From NCBI GenBank assembly GCA_964188305.1, contig OZ076889.1: DNA of 64,000 nucleotides, one strand, 5' to 3'. The position numbers and the translations under genes were made by a program. Origin of the DNA: Podarcis bocagei (taxonomy: Eukaryota). Numbering within the stretch: position 1 is the first letter of the stretch; the number at the start of each line of letters is the position of its first letter. Shown piece by piece: positions 61,451 to 64,000 of the stretch. The notes beneath the pieces were generated by a model that worked only from the letters and a program-made list of their open reading frames with translations, searched no databases and was not told the origin of the DNA.

Positions 61451-64000
61451 GTAAGTTATTTTCAACTAGTTTCTTACTTGACCATTCACTGGTTTACAGT
61501 GTATTGTATCTGTGAAATATACTCTGGTGTTTGCTTTTCGCCTCACCCATGTCACTTGTGCAGCTTCAGATTGGGTGAGGAGCGTGTGTGAACAAGAAAA
61601 TATGTTAATTGCATTCTGATTCTTTTGTTCCCTTGCACTATATTAATTGTTCAGTTACCAACTGGTCTCTAATGTTGGAGCTGTGGTAATTCTCTCCCTA
61701 TGCAGGTTAGCTAGTGGTTTTTAAAGTGTGTTTTTTCACCTCTCTTATACCCTGAGCTGAAATACAATTCTGTGAGGAGAGGTGGATCTATAATTTGCCC
61801 CTCACTCTGCTAGTTCATCCTTTTCTCACGGGCAAGAGAACTGTGAGGCTTGCCTGTTGTCCACTGCTCAGTCAAGCGGCTATGGATGCTGAGGTTTAGG
61901 AAGCTCCTCATCTCCCCTTCCTGCTGTAGAACAGAGGGGAGTGGCATGGCCGGTTCAGCTCTGTGTGGACCATTTGGCTTGGCAGCATTGGAGCCAAACT
62001 ATTCCCAGCGTTCCTCCAAGTCTTAGAGCTAAGGAAGGGGTGGATTTGCTGCATAACTGCTGGGATGACCCCCACATGTCAACCTGGGAATAAAACTCGG
62101 GTCACTATACTTGCCAACAGTGATGGCTAATTTACCCTAGTATAGTGAGTGAAAATGTAGGAGCCTATGTTAGAGTAAGGACCAAGCTAAATAAGATGTC
62201 AGGAGATCTGCAGTCGGGTCTCCTGATGCATTTTTTTGATCAAAGGAGTCTGTGGAAGGAATTTGATTGTGGAAACAATGCTAAAGGAAATTGTTTAACC
62301 ACTTCCCTCTGCACCCTTTCCTAACTAAATTCTCGCTCTCCTCCCCAAAGCTCCTATTTGCCCCAAGATGGAAAGTATATAGGTTCCCTGTATGAGTATA
62401 TGCACGTACAACCAGGAGCTTTGAATCTGTAGGAAAAAACATAAAAGAATTTTGGTTTTATTAATTGGCCTAGAAAAGTTTGTATTAATAGCTATATTGA
62501 TGAATAACAAATTGTTTATTCAGGACAGTTGTTTGCAATTGTAGTTTAAAGAGAAGTATTGTGTCTTCCTTATGTTGTCTAGGATTTGGCCCATTAAGGT
62601 TTTATTATGTTTCAGAATGTTTGTATAGACGATAATTACGTTGTAATAAAGAAGTTTACAATAAAAAATTGAGGATTTTTGTAACATATTTATTCCTTAA
62701 CTTTGTTTCTGACTAATTGAGGACTGAATCTGTTGTGTATACTATACTTCTGCTTCCATATATAGCCAGACACATTTTGTTGAACTGTTAACCTGTATTC
62801 AGTACAGTTGTTATGCTGGTGATCCAGAGAAACCTAAAAATGTTTTTCTGGGTGCCTCAAATTTATTCTAAAATTACATTGGGAAGATTTTGGATTATAT
62901 TCGACTCATGTGAAAAGCACCTAAAGTGTGAGCACTGAGCTAAAAACAGTAAGTCCTCTTATGCTACTGAAACAATTTATAGTGGGGTGACTTTGGGCCA
63001 CCACTATCTCACAGTATAACCTATTTCATAGGGTTGTTTTGAATATAAAATGGTGAAGGAGAAACATGTACACCACCTGGTGGTCCTTAGAGAAAAGCTG
63101 GATATAAGTGTAACAATATTTTTTTTAAAGGATGTGTGTTTACTATCGAGCAATAGATCATCACAGAGATTTCATACTTGCTATTGTCCCAGAAGCAGCT
63201 GCTTCTCTGGATATAGAATAAGCCAATGCAGAGATTCAGTAGGAAGCACATCTTGCACTGTCTGTGCAGCTGTAGTAAAAAAAAGAATAAGAAGCTAAGC
63301 CTCCTGCCTTGCACAATCATTTGTCCAGGCACCAGCTGCTGGGCATACATCTTCTGCCATTTTGATAACTCCACAAGTCACAGAATTTCTCTCTCACACT
63401 GCAGCCTTGCAGCTGCTACTACAGATACTATAAAAGCTGTATATCCGAGAGCAGTTAATTTACCATCTATTGAATGTTCAGCTCTACAATACTGTGATAG
63501 CGGACCTCTGCCCTAGAACTTGCTTCCTCATTTTATTCCTTTCCGCAACAAGCCAAAGTATTTTATACCTCTGGTTTTTTTTATAGGGTTGTTGTTTTGG
63601 ATTGTTGTTTTTCTGCTGATATTTGTTGGTTACGTTATTTTAATTATTGCTTTATTTTGTGTTTGACTAGTAAGCCACCCTGACAATAGGAATAAAATGT
63701 GTTGGTAGAGGAATTTAATAAGTAAACTATTTGCCATGCTTCTTGTTGCATTACTCATTTTGCCATAAAAGCAGAAAAATGGTGAAGAAGATAGGTAGAG
63801 GGCTTTGTATGCCAATTGGCACCTTTTGTTAGCAAGCACACTCTGAATTGAGAAAGATCCTGTATATACTAATAGCAAACATGCTTTCTGGGTGTAGGTA
63901 CTTATACAGCCAAAACAGCATTGTCCATGCACAAGAGAGAAGCATCAGCAGGCTTTGGAAAACACCAAGGTTTCCAGATGTCTCAAAAAGTGAGGGCAGG

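Overview
Vertebrate genomic DNA, almost certainly a squamate (probably a lacertid lizard, judged from a Sauria-type SINE, CR1 LINEs and reptile-style MITEs). The + strand carries ELAPOR1/KIAA1324 coding exons 2-22 (22612-50628). All 21 have canonical GT-AG ends and consistent phases, and they join to 2883 nt (960 aa + stop). Exon 1 (signal peptide) is not visible and is presumably upstream, so 1-22611 is probably intron 1. Downstream is the CpG-island promoter and first three coding exons of SARS1 (57579-61450, continuing past the window), matching the ELAPOR1-SARS1 order I recall from human. The only long ORF (12192-14417) is a 5'-truncated CR1 LINE with a target-site duplication and a mutated RT catalytic motif (FAGD). 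Introns hold Tc1/mariner, Harbinger and hAT MITEs, tRNA-derived SINEs and a probable decayed Harbinger transposase. I found no convincing novel biological system. The findings are modest splicing and transposon observations. Most short six-frame ORFs are noise.
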